A stretch of DNA of 64,000 nt, from contig CAMDDG010000009.1 of the NCBI GenBank assembly GCA_945890895.1, positions 306 to 64,305 on the forward strand, read 5' to 3'. Position 1 is the first letter of the stretch. Each line of letters opens with the position of its first letter. This stretch comes from Chitinophaga pinensis (lineage in GTDB: Bacteria > Bacteroidota > Bacteroidia > NS11-12g > UBA955). Positions 18,570-27,726 of the stretch are shown one piece after another. The translations under genes were made by a program, and so were the position numbers. The notes below the pieces were generated by a model that saw only the letters and a list, made by a program, of their open reading frames with translations, was not told the origin of the DNA and did no database searches.

Positions 18570-19523
18570 CTAAAAACTACCATGGATCCCAGCATTAAAA
18601 GTTTGTAATTCTCGATGGTATCTAATGGTTAGGCCCCAAATCGACTGATTTTGTAAACGACGATAAATCCCGAATCCCCAGCGATTGTAGTCATTGCGGA
18701 AACTAAAAGAACCCAGCCAAACCTCGTTAATGGGTAGGAAGCCTAAAATTTCGAAAAACTGGAAGTCCGAATGATTTTTCCAAAGCACTTGCATTGTAAC
18801 TCCAGAACTCCAATTTTTAGTAATAGAAATGGTTTGTCCTGGCAACCAAACGTTTCTCTTGCTGTTGGAATCGATTGAGTTTCCCCAAACAGACCCGCCA
18901 GATCCCGTGTTGCCCGAATTCCGACTGGAACCGGCACTCAATTTTGAATTTTCCAAAAAAATGCGATCAAATTCCAAAGAAACCGACAAATGCAATTGGG
19001 AATTCAGTTTGTAATCGCTGAAAATTTGCCCCTGAAATCCCCCGAAAAAGGGGAGGGAAACGTCCGGATTTTTGCCACTTTGAGTAGATGCTCCTTGTGA
19101 ATTTCCCCATTGGGAAAAACCACCCAAAGCAATAGCTAATTTCCATTGAGAATTAATTTGTAAACTCTGATCGGCTGAGAGCGAAACCGTTGCATAGTCA
19201 GTACTGCCGTTGAACTCAGTATGCAAGCGCGTGTATTTTCGGGGGATGTAGGAGAAGCTGGATTCAAACAAATCGGTGCCCGTAATTGGCGATGCTAAGT
19301 ACAATCGGAAGGGTGTAGATACAGTTCCTGGAGATTTGTACTGTGTTTGTTTGGCTGATTGGGGAATACCCGTAGCGTTGGATGGATAATTAGAATGATA
19401 CGAGTACGGGTTTATAGGAATATTAACCCGATGCAGCGACGTTTCTAAGCAGGTATTGATATTTGCGATTTGTGCAAAACAATTTTGACTTATCGCGAAT
19501 ATGAATACTGCTAAACGGGTCAT
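18570..19523 (-). CDS. secreted/outer-membrane beta-rich protein of unknown function
   Basis: 317 aa with signal peptide MTRLAVFIFAISQNCFAQ. Alternating aromatic/polar beta-barrel-like sequence ends in ...GIHGSF. It overlaps the merR-like stop by 4 nt. Confidence 0.55.
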   Translation of the reverse strand: MTRLAVFIFAISQNCFAQIANINTCLETSLHRVNIPINPYSYHSNYPSNATGIPQSAKQTQYKSPGTVSTPFRLYLASPITGTDLFESSFSYIPRKYTRLHTEFNGSTDYATVSLSADQSLQINSQWKLAIALGGFSQWGNSQGASTQSGKNPDVSLPFFGGFQGQIFSDYKLNSQLHLSVSLEFDRIFLENSKLSAGSSRNSGNTGSGGSVWGNSIDSNSKRNVWLPGQTISITKNWSSGVTMQVLWKNHSDFQFFEILGFLPINEVWLGSFSFRNDYNRWGFGIYRRLQNQSIWGLTIRYHRELQTFNAGIHGSF

Positions 19524-19882
19524 TCCAGTTGATCTTTAAGTTTTAAAAGTTTGTCTTTGAAGTTTCTGAGCTGTTCGATCAATTCGGTGCGAGCGTCCTG
19601 TTGAAGCGGGCTTCGGCCCACTTTTTTCGACACATGCGCCAATCTCACGCCCTTGTTATGAGAAAGATACTGAATTTCTTTTAGCATTTCAATATCCCTC
19701 AAGGAGTAGATACGATCCCCCTTTTTGTTTTTCATGGGTTTAATTTGTGGGAAGTTTTTCTCCCAAAAACGCAAGGTAGAAGCATTCACATTTAACATTT
19801 CTGAAACTTCACCAATTTTAAAGTACTTTTTGGTGGGTGTGGTGTTGTTGCTCGAAAGTTCCGTGTTTTCTGGATTGCTCAT
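19520..19882 (-). CDS. MerR-family transcriptional regulator
   Basis: YFKIGEVSEMLNVNASTLRFWEKNFPQIKPMKNKKGDRIYSLRDIEMLKEIQYL is the MerR HTH. The C-terminus is a coiled coil. Confidence 0.85.
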   Translation of the reverse strand: MSNPENTELSSNNTTPTKKYFKIGEVSEMLNVNASTLRFWEKNFPQIKPMKNKKGDRIYSLRDIEMLKEIQYLSHNKGVRLAHVSKKVGRSPLQQDARTELIEQLRNFKDKLLKLKDQLE

Positions 19883-20029
19883 GATGATGTTAATTTAGAA
19901 AGTTCCGTATTTTGGGTGGGATCAAATGGAAATGGATTTTAATTTTTCAGTATTGGAGTGTGATTTAAAACCCAAAAGTAGATTCATTGGATTTGAAATT
20001 CTCAAAAACTGAATTACAAAAATAATGAT

Positions 20030-20986
20030 TTAGTCAAATCGATTGGCTTCTCTTTGTGATAATTCAAGCATACGAGCATATTCCTCATCGCTTAGATCGT
20101 TTCGGTAGAAGAACGCCGGATTCAGCGGATTGTCGTTTTTACGAACTTCGTAATGCAAATGTGGCCCTGTGGAGCGACCTGTACTTCCTACATAACCAAT
20201 TAATTGACCGCGTTTTACTTTGGTGCCTGGTTTAACAGCAAAACGACTTAAATGGGCATACACGGTAGTGTATCCATAGCCGTGATTGATAATAATATGA
20301 TTTCCATAACTCCAGCGTTCGCTTAATACTTTTGATACAACTCCATCGCCGGTTGCATATACCTCGGTGCCCACTTCTGCGGTGAAATCCATTCCCCCGT
20401 GAAAAGAAAACGTGTGATAAAATGGATCCAACCGATATCCGAAACCACTCGCCATGCGCTTTAAATCTTTGTTGGCAACGGGCATAATTGCGGGAATGGA
20501 ATTCACCATTTGTTCGCGTTTGGTTATCAGTTTTTCTAACGTTGCATACGATTTATCTTGTTGCTCGCTGAGTAACTTGATTTCATCCAACTTTCTTCGC
20601 AGTAACACCAAGGCGCTGCCGTGGTTGAGTTTCATCAATTCGTGATAACTGTCTTCTTTTAGATTGATGGGTTTGGGCGGGGCTACACCGTAAATAGCTC
20701 GATAAATCTGAACATCTTTCTCTCTAAGATCTTCCATGATGGCGTTCAAGTCTTCAACTTCACGCTGCATTTGTCGGAGTTGGTTTTGCACTTTTTTCTG
20801 ATCATTTGCCAGCGCTTTTTCATACGGTTCTGTAAATAACTGACTAAAAATCAAAGACAATGTTATGACCGATACAATAATTAAAGAACTTAAACCAATT
20901 GTACGCCAAACCACATACCGCCTATTGTCTGAAACTTTCTCAAAGCTCAAACTCTTAGGATTGAAGAAGTACTTGGTTCTTGGCAT
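20030..20986 (-). CDS. M23-family metallopeptidase (EnvC/NlpD-like, membrane-anchored with coiled coil)
   Basis: Motifs are HGGMDFTAEVGTEVYATGDGVV and GSTGRSTGPHLHYEV. There is an N-terminal TM anchor and a coiled coil. Confidence 0.9.
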   Translation of the reverse strand: MPRTKYFFNPKSLSFEKVSDNRRYVVWRTIGLSSLIIVSVITLSLIFSQLFTEPYEKALANDQKKVQNQLRQMQREVEDLNAIMEDLREKDVQIYRAIYGVAPPKPINLKEDSYHELMKLNHGSALVLLRRKLDEIKLLSEQQDKSYATLEKLITKREQMVNSIPAIMPVANKDLKRMASGFGYRLDPFYHTFSFHGGMDFTAEVGTEVYATGDGVVSKVLSERWSYGNHIIINHGYGYTTVYAHLSRFAVKPGTKVKRGQLIGYVGSTGRSTGPHLHYEVRKNDNPLNPAFFYRNDLSDEEYARMLELSQREANRFD

Positions 20987-21142
20987 GGTGTATGGACTAA
21001 GTCTTTTGGAGGGATTCTACGAGAATTACAATTATACCAAATTAGGGTCAATTCGTCTTAATTTACCCGACAAAAAGGCGCTTTTTTAGTTGAAATATAA
21101 AATCATTCAACTGCTCAAAACGAAGAATCAGTAATGATTATT

Positions 21143-21694
21143 TTATTTTGAAAGTGCTTTTTTGAATACCTTGGATCGATTAACGTATTCATCGATGTTA
21201 TTTTGAATCATGGGTTCTACGTTTTCGGGCAGAAGTAATTTTACCACTTTTGCGGGAATTCCCATCACCAAAGAATAAGGAGGGATAATCATACCAGCGG
21301 GAACAAGCGCATTCGCACCAATGATGCTGAATTCTCCGATTTCTGCATTATTCAATACCGTAGAATTCATTCCAATTAATACGTGGTGCGACAGTTTGGC
21401 TCCATGAACTATAGCAGAATGTCCGATTACACAATCATTTCCAATTATACACGGATCGCCTGGATCGGCGTGCAACACGGCATTATCTTGAATGTTGGAG
21501 CGTTTACCAACCTTAATTTTATCGGTGTCTCCACGAAGTACTGCACCAAACCAGATGTTGCAATCATCGTTCAATTCGATATTGCCAATTACCGTTGCAT
21601 TGGGTGCCACAAATACGGATTCTGGAATACGCACCGGAGTTTGTATACGATTCAACAGTTGTTGAAAATCGGTTTCGCTGAAGGAATTACTCAT
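21143..21694 (-). CDS. gamma-carbonic-anhydrase-like hexapeptide-repeat protein (YrdA/PaaY family)
   Basis: Left-handed beta-helix repeats include NIWFGAVLRGDTDKIKVGKRSNIQDNAVLHAD..IGHSAIVHGAKL. The start is taken at MSNSF. Confidence 0.8.
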   Translation of the reverse strand: MSNSFSETDFQQLLNRIQTPVRIPESVFVAPNATVIGNIELNDDCNIWFGAVLRGDTDKIKVGKRSNIQDNAVLHADPGDPCIIGNDCVIGHSAIVHGAKLSHHVLIGMNSTVLNNAEIGEFSIIGANALVPAGMIIPPYSLVMGIPAKVVKLLLPENVEPMIQNNIDEYVNRSKVFKKALSK

Positions 21695-21762
21695 TGTTTT
21701 CAGATTTGTTGTGTGCAATCACACCACACGTCCCCCCAAAAATAACTAAATTCGCAATCAAT

Positions 21763-23157
21763 ATGATAAAGGCGTTTCACAACATTTCAGTTTTATACGG
21801 TACATCCACTAGGGGCACATATAAATCGGGTAAGGATATGATGCAAATTGACACAATGGAGAATGCGTATATGCTTGTTAAGGATGGTATAATCATAGAA
21901 ATCGGCACTGGAACACGCGCTCAACTGGAAAATCAATCGAATTGGCCAAATTTAACTGACAGTTTTGCAAATTATCATGGAATTTCCAATTCATTCGAGG
22001 ATAAAACATCCCCCGAAGGAACGTCTACAGAAAAAACATCCCCCGAAAAACGAAATTCTGAGAAATTTACACCCAACGATTCATCTTCAGAAATTGAATG
22101 GATTGACCTCAACGGGGCGGAAGTGATGCCGGGTTTGGTGGATTCACACACGCATATCGTGTTTGCGGCTCCTCGTCATGAGGAATTTGCATTGCGAATT
22201 CAAGGTGCTTCTTACGAAGAAATTGCTGCGGCAGGTGGTGGAATTTTGAATTCTGCTCAGAAACTTCGAGAAACTTCCGAAGATCAGTTGTTTGAAGATG
22301 CCTCCAAGCGCGTTCAATTGATGATGGAATGGGGCACTACGACTTTGGAAATTAAAAGCGGATACGGCCTTTCGGTTGAGTCAGAGTTGAAAATGCTTCG
22401 TGTTATCAAGCGACTAAAACAAACATTTCCGATTCGCATTCGGGCTACGTTTTTAGGGGCGCATGCTTTTCCCATTGAATTTAAACAACGTCGCGATGAC
22501 TATATAGATTTGATTCTTCGCGATATGCTTCCTGCGGTTGTTGCAGATGATTTAGCCGATCATATTGATGTTTTTTGCGATGAGGGATTTTTTACTCCAG
22601 AGCAAACGGAGAAAATCCTATTGAAGGCTCAGCAATACGGACTTCCTGCTAAAATCCATGGTAATGAATTGGGGTTAACTGGCGGTGTACAAGTAGGTGT
22701 GAAGTTGAATGCTTGGAGTGTGGATCATTTGGAACATTGTTCGGAAGTAGAGATGGAGCTTTTTAAACAATCCAACGGAAATACGATTCCTGTTGCGCTA
22801 CCGGGTACGTCTTACTTTTTGGGGATACCTTACGCACCCACTCGTAAAATGATAGATTACGGTTTGCCTGTGGCATTGGCCACTGATTTTAATCCTGGTT
22901 CCAGTCCTGTGGCTTCCCTGCAAACTGTTTGTGCCTTGGCCTGTACTCAAATGAAACTGATGCCTCAAGAGGTTTTCCATGCAGTAACATGCAACGCAGC
23001 AAGAGCATTGCGATTGGAGAATGAGGTAGGCTGTTTGGCGGTTGGAATGTCGGCAGATTTCTTAGTAATGAAAAGCAGAGATGCGGTAAAGACCATTCCC
23101 TACTACTTAGGACAAAATCAAGTTCAGCAAACTTTTTGCAGAGGTAACTTATTGTAA
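21763..23157 (+). CDS. hutI: imidazolonepropionase with an N-terminal low-complexity insertion of about 50 aa
   Basis: Amidohydrolase motifs are PGLVDSHTHIVFA, KIHGNELG and ATDFNPGS. The start is at ATG 21763 (MIKAFHNISVLYG). The insert is SNWPNL...DKTSPEGTSTEKTSPEKRNSEKFTPNDSSSE. Confidence 0.85.
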   Translation: MIKAFHNISVLYGTSTRGTYKSGKDMMQIDTMENAYMLVKDGIIIEIGTGTRAQLENQSNWPNLTDSFANYHGISNSFEDKTSPEGTSTEKTSPEKRNSEKFTPNDSSSEIEWIDLNGAEVMPGLVDSHTHIVFAAPRHEEFALRIQGASYEEIAAAGGGILNSAQKLRETSEDQLFEDASKRVQLMMEWGTTTLEIKSGYGLSVESELKMLRVIKRLKQTFPIRIRATFLGAHAFPIEFKQRRDDYIDLILRDMLPAVVADDLADHIDVFCDEGFFTPEQTEKILLKAQQYGLPAKIHGNELGLTGGVQVGVKLNAWSVDHLEHCSEVEMELFKQSNGNTIPVALPGTSYFLGIPYAPTRKMIDYGLPVALATDFNPGSSPVASLQTVCALACTQMKLMPQEVFHAVTCNAARALRLENEVGCLAVGMSADFLVMKSRDAVKTIPYYLGQNQVQQTFCRGNLL

Positions 23158-23348
23158 AGGTAACTGTATTTCGAAACTTAGTTGAAACCGATGGTTGTGA
23201 AGATTTTGTGCAATTATTGTGCGACAACCGGAATGCATTTAAGTATGACCTTGCTGCAACTTCTGCACCAAACTCTTAAATGATTCGATAAACGGAAGTG
23301 AGAATTCCTCAAACCGTTGTATTTTTGTAATAATAAATTTTTTTAATT

Positions 23349-23765
23349 ATGCCTTATCCCGAAATGATGGTGGCTCCAATGAGAGCTGAGTTGACAAATA
23401 ACGGTTTTACAGAGCTTAAAACAGCCGAAGAAGTAGAGAATGCCATGAATGGTAATAATGATACAACACTTTTAGTTGTAAATTCCGTTTGTGGTTGTGC
23501 AGCTGGTTCCGCTCGTCCTGGTGTATTGAAGAGTCTTGTTGGATCTAAGAAGCCAGCAAAATTATTGACGGTTTTTGCCGGACAAGACCTAGATGCAACT
23601 ACTAAAGCACGCGAATACATGATTCCATTTCCTCCTTCATCTCCAGCAGTTGCTTTATTGAAAAACGGTGAAGTGGTTCACATGGTTGAACGTCACATGA
23701 TTGAAGGTAGAACTGCTGATATGTTGGCAGACAACTTATTGGCGGCTTACGAAGAGCATTGCTAA
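23349..23765 (+). CDS. BrxA/BrxB-family bacilliredoxin (YphP/YqiW, DUF1094)
   Basis: 138 aa. MPYPEMMVAPMRAELT...LLVVNSVCGCAAGSARPG contains the CGC redox motif. A TATTTTTG box lies at 23320-23327. Confidence 0.8.
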   Translation: MPYPEMMVAPMRAELTNNGFTELKTAEEVENAMNGNNDTTLLVVNSVCGCAAGSARPGVLKSLVGSKKPAKLLTVFAGQDLDATTKAREYMIPFPPSSPAVALLKNGEVVHMVERHMIEGRTADMLADNLLAAYEEHC

Positions 23766-23802
23766 AATTAATGGCAACCGCTTGCAATTTCGTTAAGTCC
23801 CT

Positions 23803-24612
23803 ATGACAAATAAAAATTTCGATTGGGTTGATATAGCAACTAATGTAGAACGCATCTGCCGTGAGGTAGGTGCGTTTCAGTTAATACACTGGAATCAAGT
23901 AAAATCCAGTGATGTTGAAATAAAATCAGCCAACCAATTAGTAAGTTTTGTGGATCAACAATCCGAACAGAAACTTATAGAGGCATTTTTGCAACTTATT
24001 CCGGAATCAACAATAATCGGAGAGGAATCATCCCCCGAAAACAGGAAATTAGATGAACTTACTTGGGTTATCGATCCTCTTGACGGCACAACCAATTTTT
24101 TACATGGCTTGCCCGTTTTTAGCATTAGTGTAGCGCTTTTTTATCGGAATGAGCCTGTAGTTGCAGTAATACATTGTCCTGCCCTGAAAGAAACTTTCAG
24201 CGCAAGTGTTGGTGCCGGAGCAACCTTAAATGGAGAGAGAATCACTGTGGCACAGAACTCTCAATTGGCAGATACTTTGTTAGCCACTGGATTTCCTTAT
24301 TATAAATTCAATCAATTGAATGAGTATCTCGAATTGTTAAAGGAGTGCATGCAATCCACACGCGGACTTCGTAGAATGGGTTCTGCGGCCATTGATTTGG
24401 CCTATGTGGCTTGCGGAAGGTTTGATGCATTTTTTGAGATGAATTTGAGTCCGTGGGATGTTGCTGCGGGCATTTTACTCGTGCGCGAAGCAGGAGGGAA
24501 AGTAACCGATTTTCATGGCACTGACAATGTACTTTTTAACAATCAAATCTTAGCAAGTTCTGAAGTATTACACCGAGATTTTAGCGGTATGGTTTCAAAA
24601 TATTTGCACTAA
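23803..24612 (+). CDS. inositol monophosphatase family protein
   Basis: Motifs are WVIDPLDGTTNF and GSAAIDLAYVACGRFD. Confidence 0.85.
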   Translation: MTNKNFDWVDIATNVERICREVGAFQLIHWNQVKSSDVEIKSANQLVSFVDQQSEQKLIEAFLQLIPESTIIGEESSPENRKLDELTWVIDPLDGTTNFLHGLPVFSISVALFYRNEPVVAVIHCPALKETFSASVGAGATLNGERITVAQNSQLADTLLATGFPYYKFNQLNEYLELLKECMQSTRGLRRMGSAAIDLAYVACGRFDAFFEMNLSPWDVAAGILLVREAGGKVTDFHGTDNVLFNNQILASSEVLHRDFSGMVSKYLH

Positions 24613-24660
24613 TTCACGTGTTTTTTTGCCCATTTGAATTGTTGGGCTTAATTTGCAGAC

Positions 24661-25311
24661 ATGGTCTGGGCCCTAGCCATATTAAAAGGAATCGGATACG
24701 GTCTCATGTTGGGTCTGCTTAGCTTTGGTCCTGCTTTTTTTGCTCTAATTAAAGTCGGTATGCAAGGAGGTAAATCCGCTGGACTAAAAATGGCGCTGGG
24801 TATATTTTTCAGCGATTTGATGGTGGCGTTAGCTTGCTTTTTCGGGCTTTCGGATTTGTTTACAACAGAAGTTTTTCAATTAGGATTTTCAGCGTTTGCC
24901 GCTTTCGGAATCATGTTTATAGGAATCAAGGGTGTTGTAGTTAGATACAAACACTTTATTGAGAATATTCAAAAACCCATGGCTTCGAATACAAATATGA
25001 TTCGTGGATTTGTGTTCAATTTAATGAACCCATTTGTAATATTGTTGTGGGTGGGTATTTTAGCATCTATATCCGTTGGTCACAATATTAAATCCGACGA
25101 TAAATACACCATTTTAGTGCAAATGCTCTCTATTTTACTTACGGTTTTTAGTTTGGACTTAGGGAAGGTTTATTTAAGTGATTATATCGGTAAAAAACTA
25201 AATTACCGAATATATTATTTCTTCAATCGTTATGTGGGCTATGTCTTGATTTCAATTGGAGTGTATTACTTATACCATTTTATAAAACTGTTGATTCATT
25301 GGATTTTTTAG
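24661..25311 (+). CDS. LysE/RhtB-family amino-acid efflux protein
   Basis: 216 aa with about six TM helices and an N-terminal GxxxGxxxGPA-like motif typical of LysE translocators. Confidence 0.6.
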   Translation: MVWALAILKGIGYGLMLGLLSFGPAFFALIKVGMQGGKSAGLKMALGIFFSDLMVALACFFGLSDLFTTEVFQLGFSAFAAFGIMFIGIKGVVVRYKHFIENIQKPMASNTNMIRGFVFNLMNPFVILLWVGILASISVGHNIKSDDKYTILVQMLSILLTVFSLDLGKVYLSDYIGKKLNYRIYYFFNRYVGYVLISIGVYYLYHFIKLLIHWIF

Positions 25312-26207
25312 CACAAAATATAAATACACTGCTCAATATTGTTCTGGCTTTAATTATGTTGGGCTTGGGTATCGGCTTAAAAAAGCAGGATTTTCAACAC
25401 CTATTTGATCAACCTAAATCCTTGGCTATAGGATTGTTTGCTCAGATGGTTATCTTACCTCTGTTTGCTTTTATTTTGGTTTACGACGCTAATTTATCGC
25501 CTGAATTTAAAGTGGGTATAATGATTTTATCCATTTGTCCAGGAGGAGTAACATCGAATTTGGTCAGTTATTTTGTGAAAGGAAATGTGGCACTTTCTGT
25601 GTCGTTAACCGTTCTTAACGCACTTTTAACACTATTCACGATTCCTATTTTAGTTAATATTTTCTTGGGATATTTTTTCCAAGGGAGTCAACAATTTAAT
25701 GGGATTAAATTGCCGGTACTGGGTACCATGATCAGTATTTTTATGGTAACTGTACTTCCAGCGGCCATTGGAATGTTGTTACGAGTTCAATTGGGGCAAA
25801 AACGGGTGATTAAAATTCAGAAATACATCAATATTGTTTTACCTGTTTTACTGGTATTGGTTTTTGGATTTAAATTCTTAGGTAATACCGGTGAAAGCAA
25901 TGATTTTTCAACCGAAATAGGACTTTTAACGCCTATGGCTGTAGGATTAAATGTCGGATCTATGATTTTGGGCTTTCTTGCGGGTACTCCTTTTAAATTG
26001 TCGTTTAAGAATCGAATCACCATTGCGGTAGAAGTGGGATTACACAATACAGCCTTGGCTTTATTGGTAGCAGGTGAAAAATTGCGTTCGACAGAAATGG
26101 AAAAACCCGCATTGGTATATGCCATGTACTCATTTTTTGTTACGTACCTAATTAGTTATTTATTGGTACGAGGCAGATACCAATTTTTAAAGAATAAACG
26201 GAGGTAG
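25299..26207 (+). CDS. bile acid:sodium symporter (BASS) family transporter
   Basis: Polytopic membrane protein. CPGGVTSNLVSYFVKGNVALSVSLT matches the BASS signature. The start is uncertain (TTG 25299 or a downstream ATG). Confidence 0.75.
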   Translation: MDFLAQNINTLLNIVLALIMLGLGIGLKKQDFQHLFDQPKSLAIGLFAQMVILPLFAFILVYDANLSPEFKVGIMILSICPGGVTSNLVSYFVKGNVALSVSLTVLNALLTLFTIPILVNIFLGYFFQGSQQFNGIKLPVLGTMISIFMVTVLPAAIGMLLRVQLGQKRVIKIQKYINIVLPVLLVLVFGFKFLGNTGESNDFSTEIGLLTPMAVGLNVGSMILGFLAGTPFKLSFKNRITIAVEVGLHNTALALLVAGEKLRSTEMEKPALVYAMYSFFVTYLISYLLVRGRYQFLKNKRR

Positions 26208-26410
26208 CTTAATTCGCATTACTTGATTGAAAATAGTTACTTGGACAGGAATTAGATGGTTAAACAATCGGAGGTAGTATTATTTAGTAGCAATTGATTG
26301 GAAAAGAGTACTTTGGCTTGAATTAGATGGTTAAACAAACGGAGGTAGTACTAATTTAAGTTGTCCGATTGTGACTGAATTATTTGAATGTACTCGATTT
26401 GAACTAAAAG
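26199..26410. repeat. degenerate tandem repeat, about 3 copies of about 70-71 bp
   Basis: cggaggtag recurs at 26199, 26269 and 26340. Copies 2 and 3 are each preceded by gaattagatggttaaacaa. The first unit begins in the last codons of the BASS gene. Confidence 0.75.
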
Positions 26411-26488
26411 AGCTTCGTTTGAACCTGCAAAATTGCACCTGCTAAAAACAATTTAATTTTAGGGCATACTTGGAAAATCTACAACCTA

Positions 26489-27076
26489 TTAATTTTCGGT
26501 TGGCTCCAAAACATTAAAGAAATCCGAAAGCTCATCAACAATAACTTCGGGAACGAGATCGTAAATGGGTTCATTGCGTTCAAGCATATCTCGAATTTGA
26601 GTTGCGGATATATCAATCAATGGTGCATCATACCAAATAGCTCCAAAAGGCATAGGTTCACTGGGTTTGGTATATCGTGGGCGTGCATAAACATGCAATG
26701 GACACAATTGGGCTAATTTTTCTGCATTTTGCCATGTGTGAAACGATATTAAGTTATCTGCACCCATAATCAAATGGAACTGGTGTTCTGGGTAAATACG
26801 GTAAAAATGTTGAACGGATCGATAGGTAAAACTGGGTAGTCCCAATTGAAATTCTTCGTCGCTACATTGCATAAATGGCAGATTCTGAATAGCCATTTTA
26901 ACCCATTTAAGTCTTAATTCTGCAGGAATAAGTGTTTCTTCATTCTTGTGCGGATTGAGCGGTGATGGAACAAACCATACTTCGTCAAACTGCCCGTGTT
27001 CACGAATATATTCAGCAACTTGAATATGCCCCACATGTATGGGGTTAAATGAGCCGAAGTACAATCCAATTTTCAT
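26489..27076 (-). CDS. nadD: nicotinate-nucleotide adenylyltransferase
   Basis: MKIGLYFGSFNPIHVGHIQVAEYI contains the (H/T)xGH motif. The protein is 195 aa. Confidence 0.9.
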   Translation of the reverse strand: MKIGLYFGSFNPIHVGHIQVAEYIREHGQFDEVWFVPSPLNPHKNEETLIPAELRLKWVKMAIQNLPFMQCSDEEFQLGLPSFTYRSVQHFYRIYPEHQFHLIMGADNLISFHTWQNAEKLAQLCPLHVYARPRYTKPSEPMPFGAIWYDAPLIDISATQIRDMLERNEPIYDLVPEVIVDELSDFFNVLEPTEN

Positions 27077-27675
27077 TATTTATTATAAAAATCCAAGACC
27101 AACTTTTCACAAGTTTGAAGGGTATCCTCCAAAATATCGTTAACCACTACTACGTCGTATTGATTTTCAAAACTCAATTCGTAATTGGCTTTCGCAATTC
27201 GTTCTTTCAGTTGATGTTCCACTTCGGTGCTTCTTTTGGTTAATCGTTCCATTAATACTTCGACGCTTGGAGGTCGCAAGAATACGGCTAAGGCTTGTTC
27301 CGGGAATTTTCGTTTCAAATTTAATCCCCCCTTTACATCAACATCGAATACTACCATTTTGTTTTCAGCCCAAATACGATGTACTTCACTCCATAGCGTA
27401 CCGTATAGTATTCCAGCGTACACTTCTTCCGATTCTAAAAACTCGTTATTCTCAACTTTGGCACGAAAATCTGATTCAGTTAGGAAGTAGTATTCTCTAC
27501 CATGAACCTCGCCTGGACGAGGAGCGCGAGTGGTGGCACTCACGGAAAAACCCAATTTATCACCCAATGTTTCCATCAGATATTTAACCACTGTGGTTTT
27601 ACCGGATCCTGAAGGGGCAGAAAAAATCAGTAATTTGTTCAATTTTAGATAGTTTAATAAAAAGCAATTTTGCAA
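27076..27675 (-). CDS. gmk: guanylate kinase
   Basis: IFSAPSGSGKTTV is the P-loop, and SATTRAPRPGEVHGREYYF is also present. The true start is probably the internal TTG near 27642 (MNKLLIF). Confidence 0.9.
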   Translation of the reverse strand: MQNCFLLNYLKLNKLLIFSAPSGSGKTTVVKYLMETLGDKLGFSVSATTRAPRPGEVHGREYYFLTESDFRAKVENNEFLESEEVYAGILYGTLWSEVHRIWAENKMVVFDVDVKGGLNLKRKFPEQALAVFLRPPSVEVLMERLTKRSTEVEHQLKERIAKANYELSFENQYDVVVVNDILEDTLQTCEKLVLDFYNK

Positions 27676-27726
27676 TTCTTGATTACAGTTTCATTATCCT
27701 CACAAAGAGATAAAAGCCATAACCGT

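Noticed and set aside
26199-26410. Possible CRISPR array or other spaced-repeat locus
   Set aside because: The units are contiguous 70-bp degenerate copies with no conserved short repeat and no unique spacer alternation. There are no cas genes in the window.
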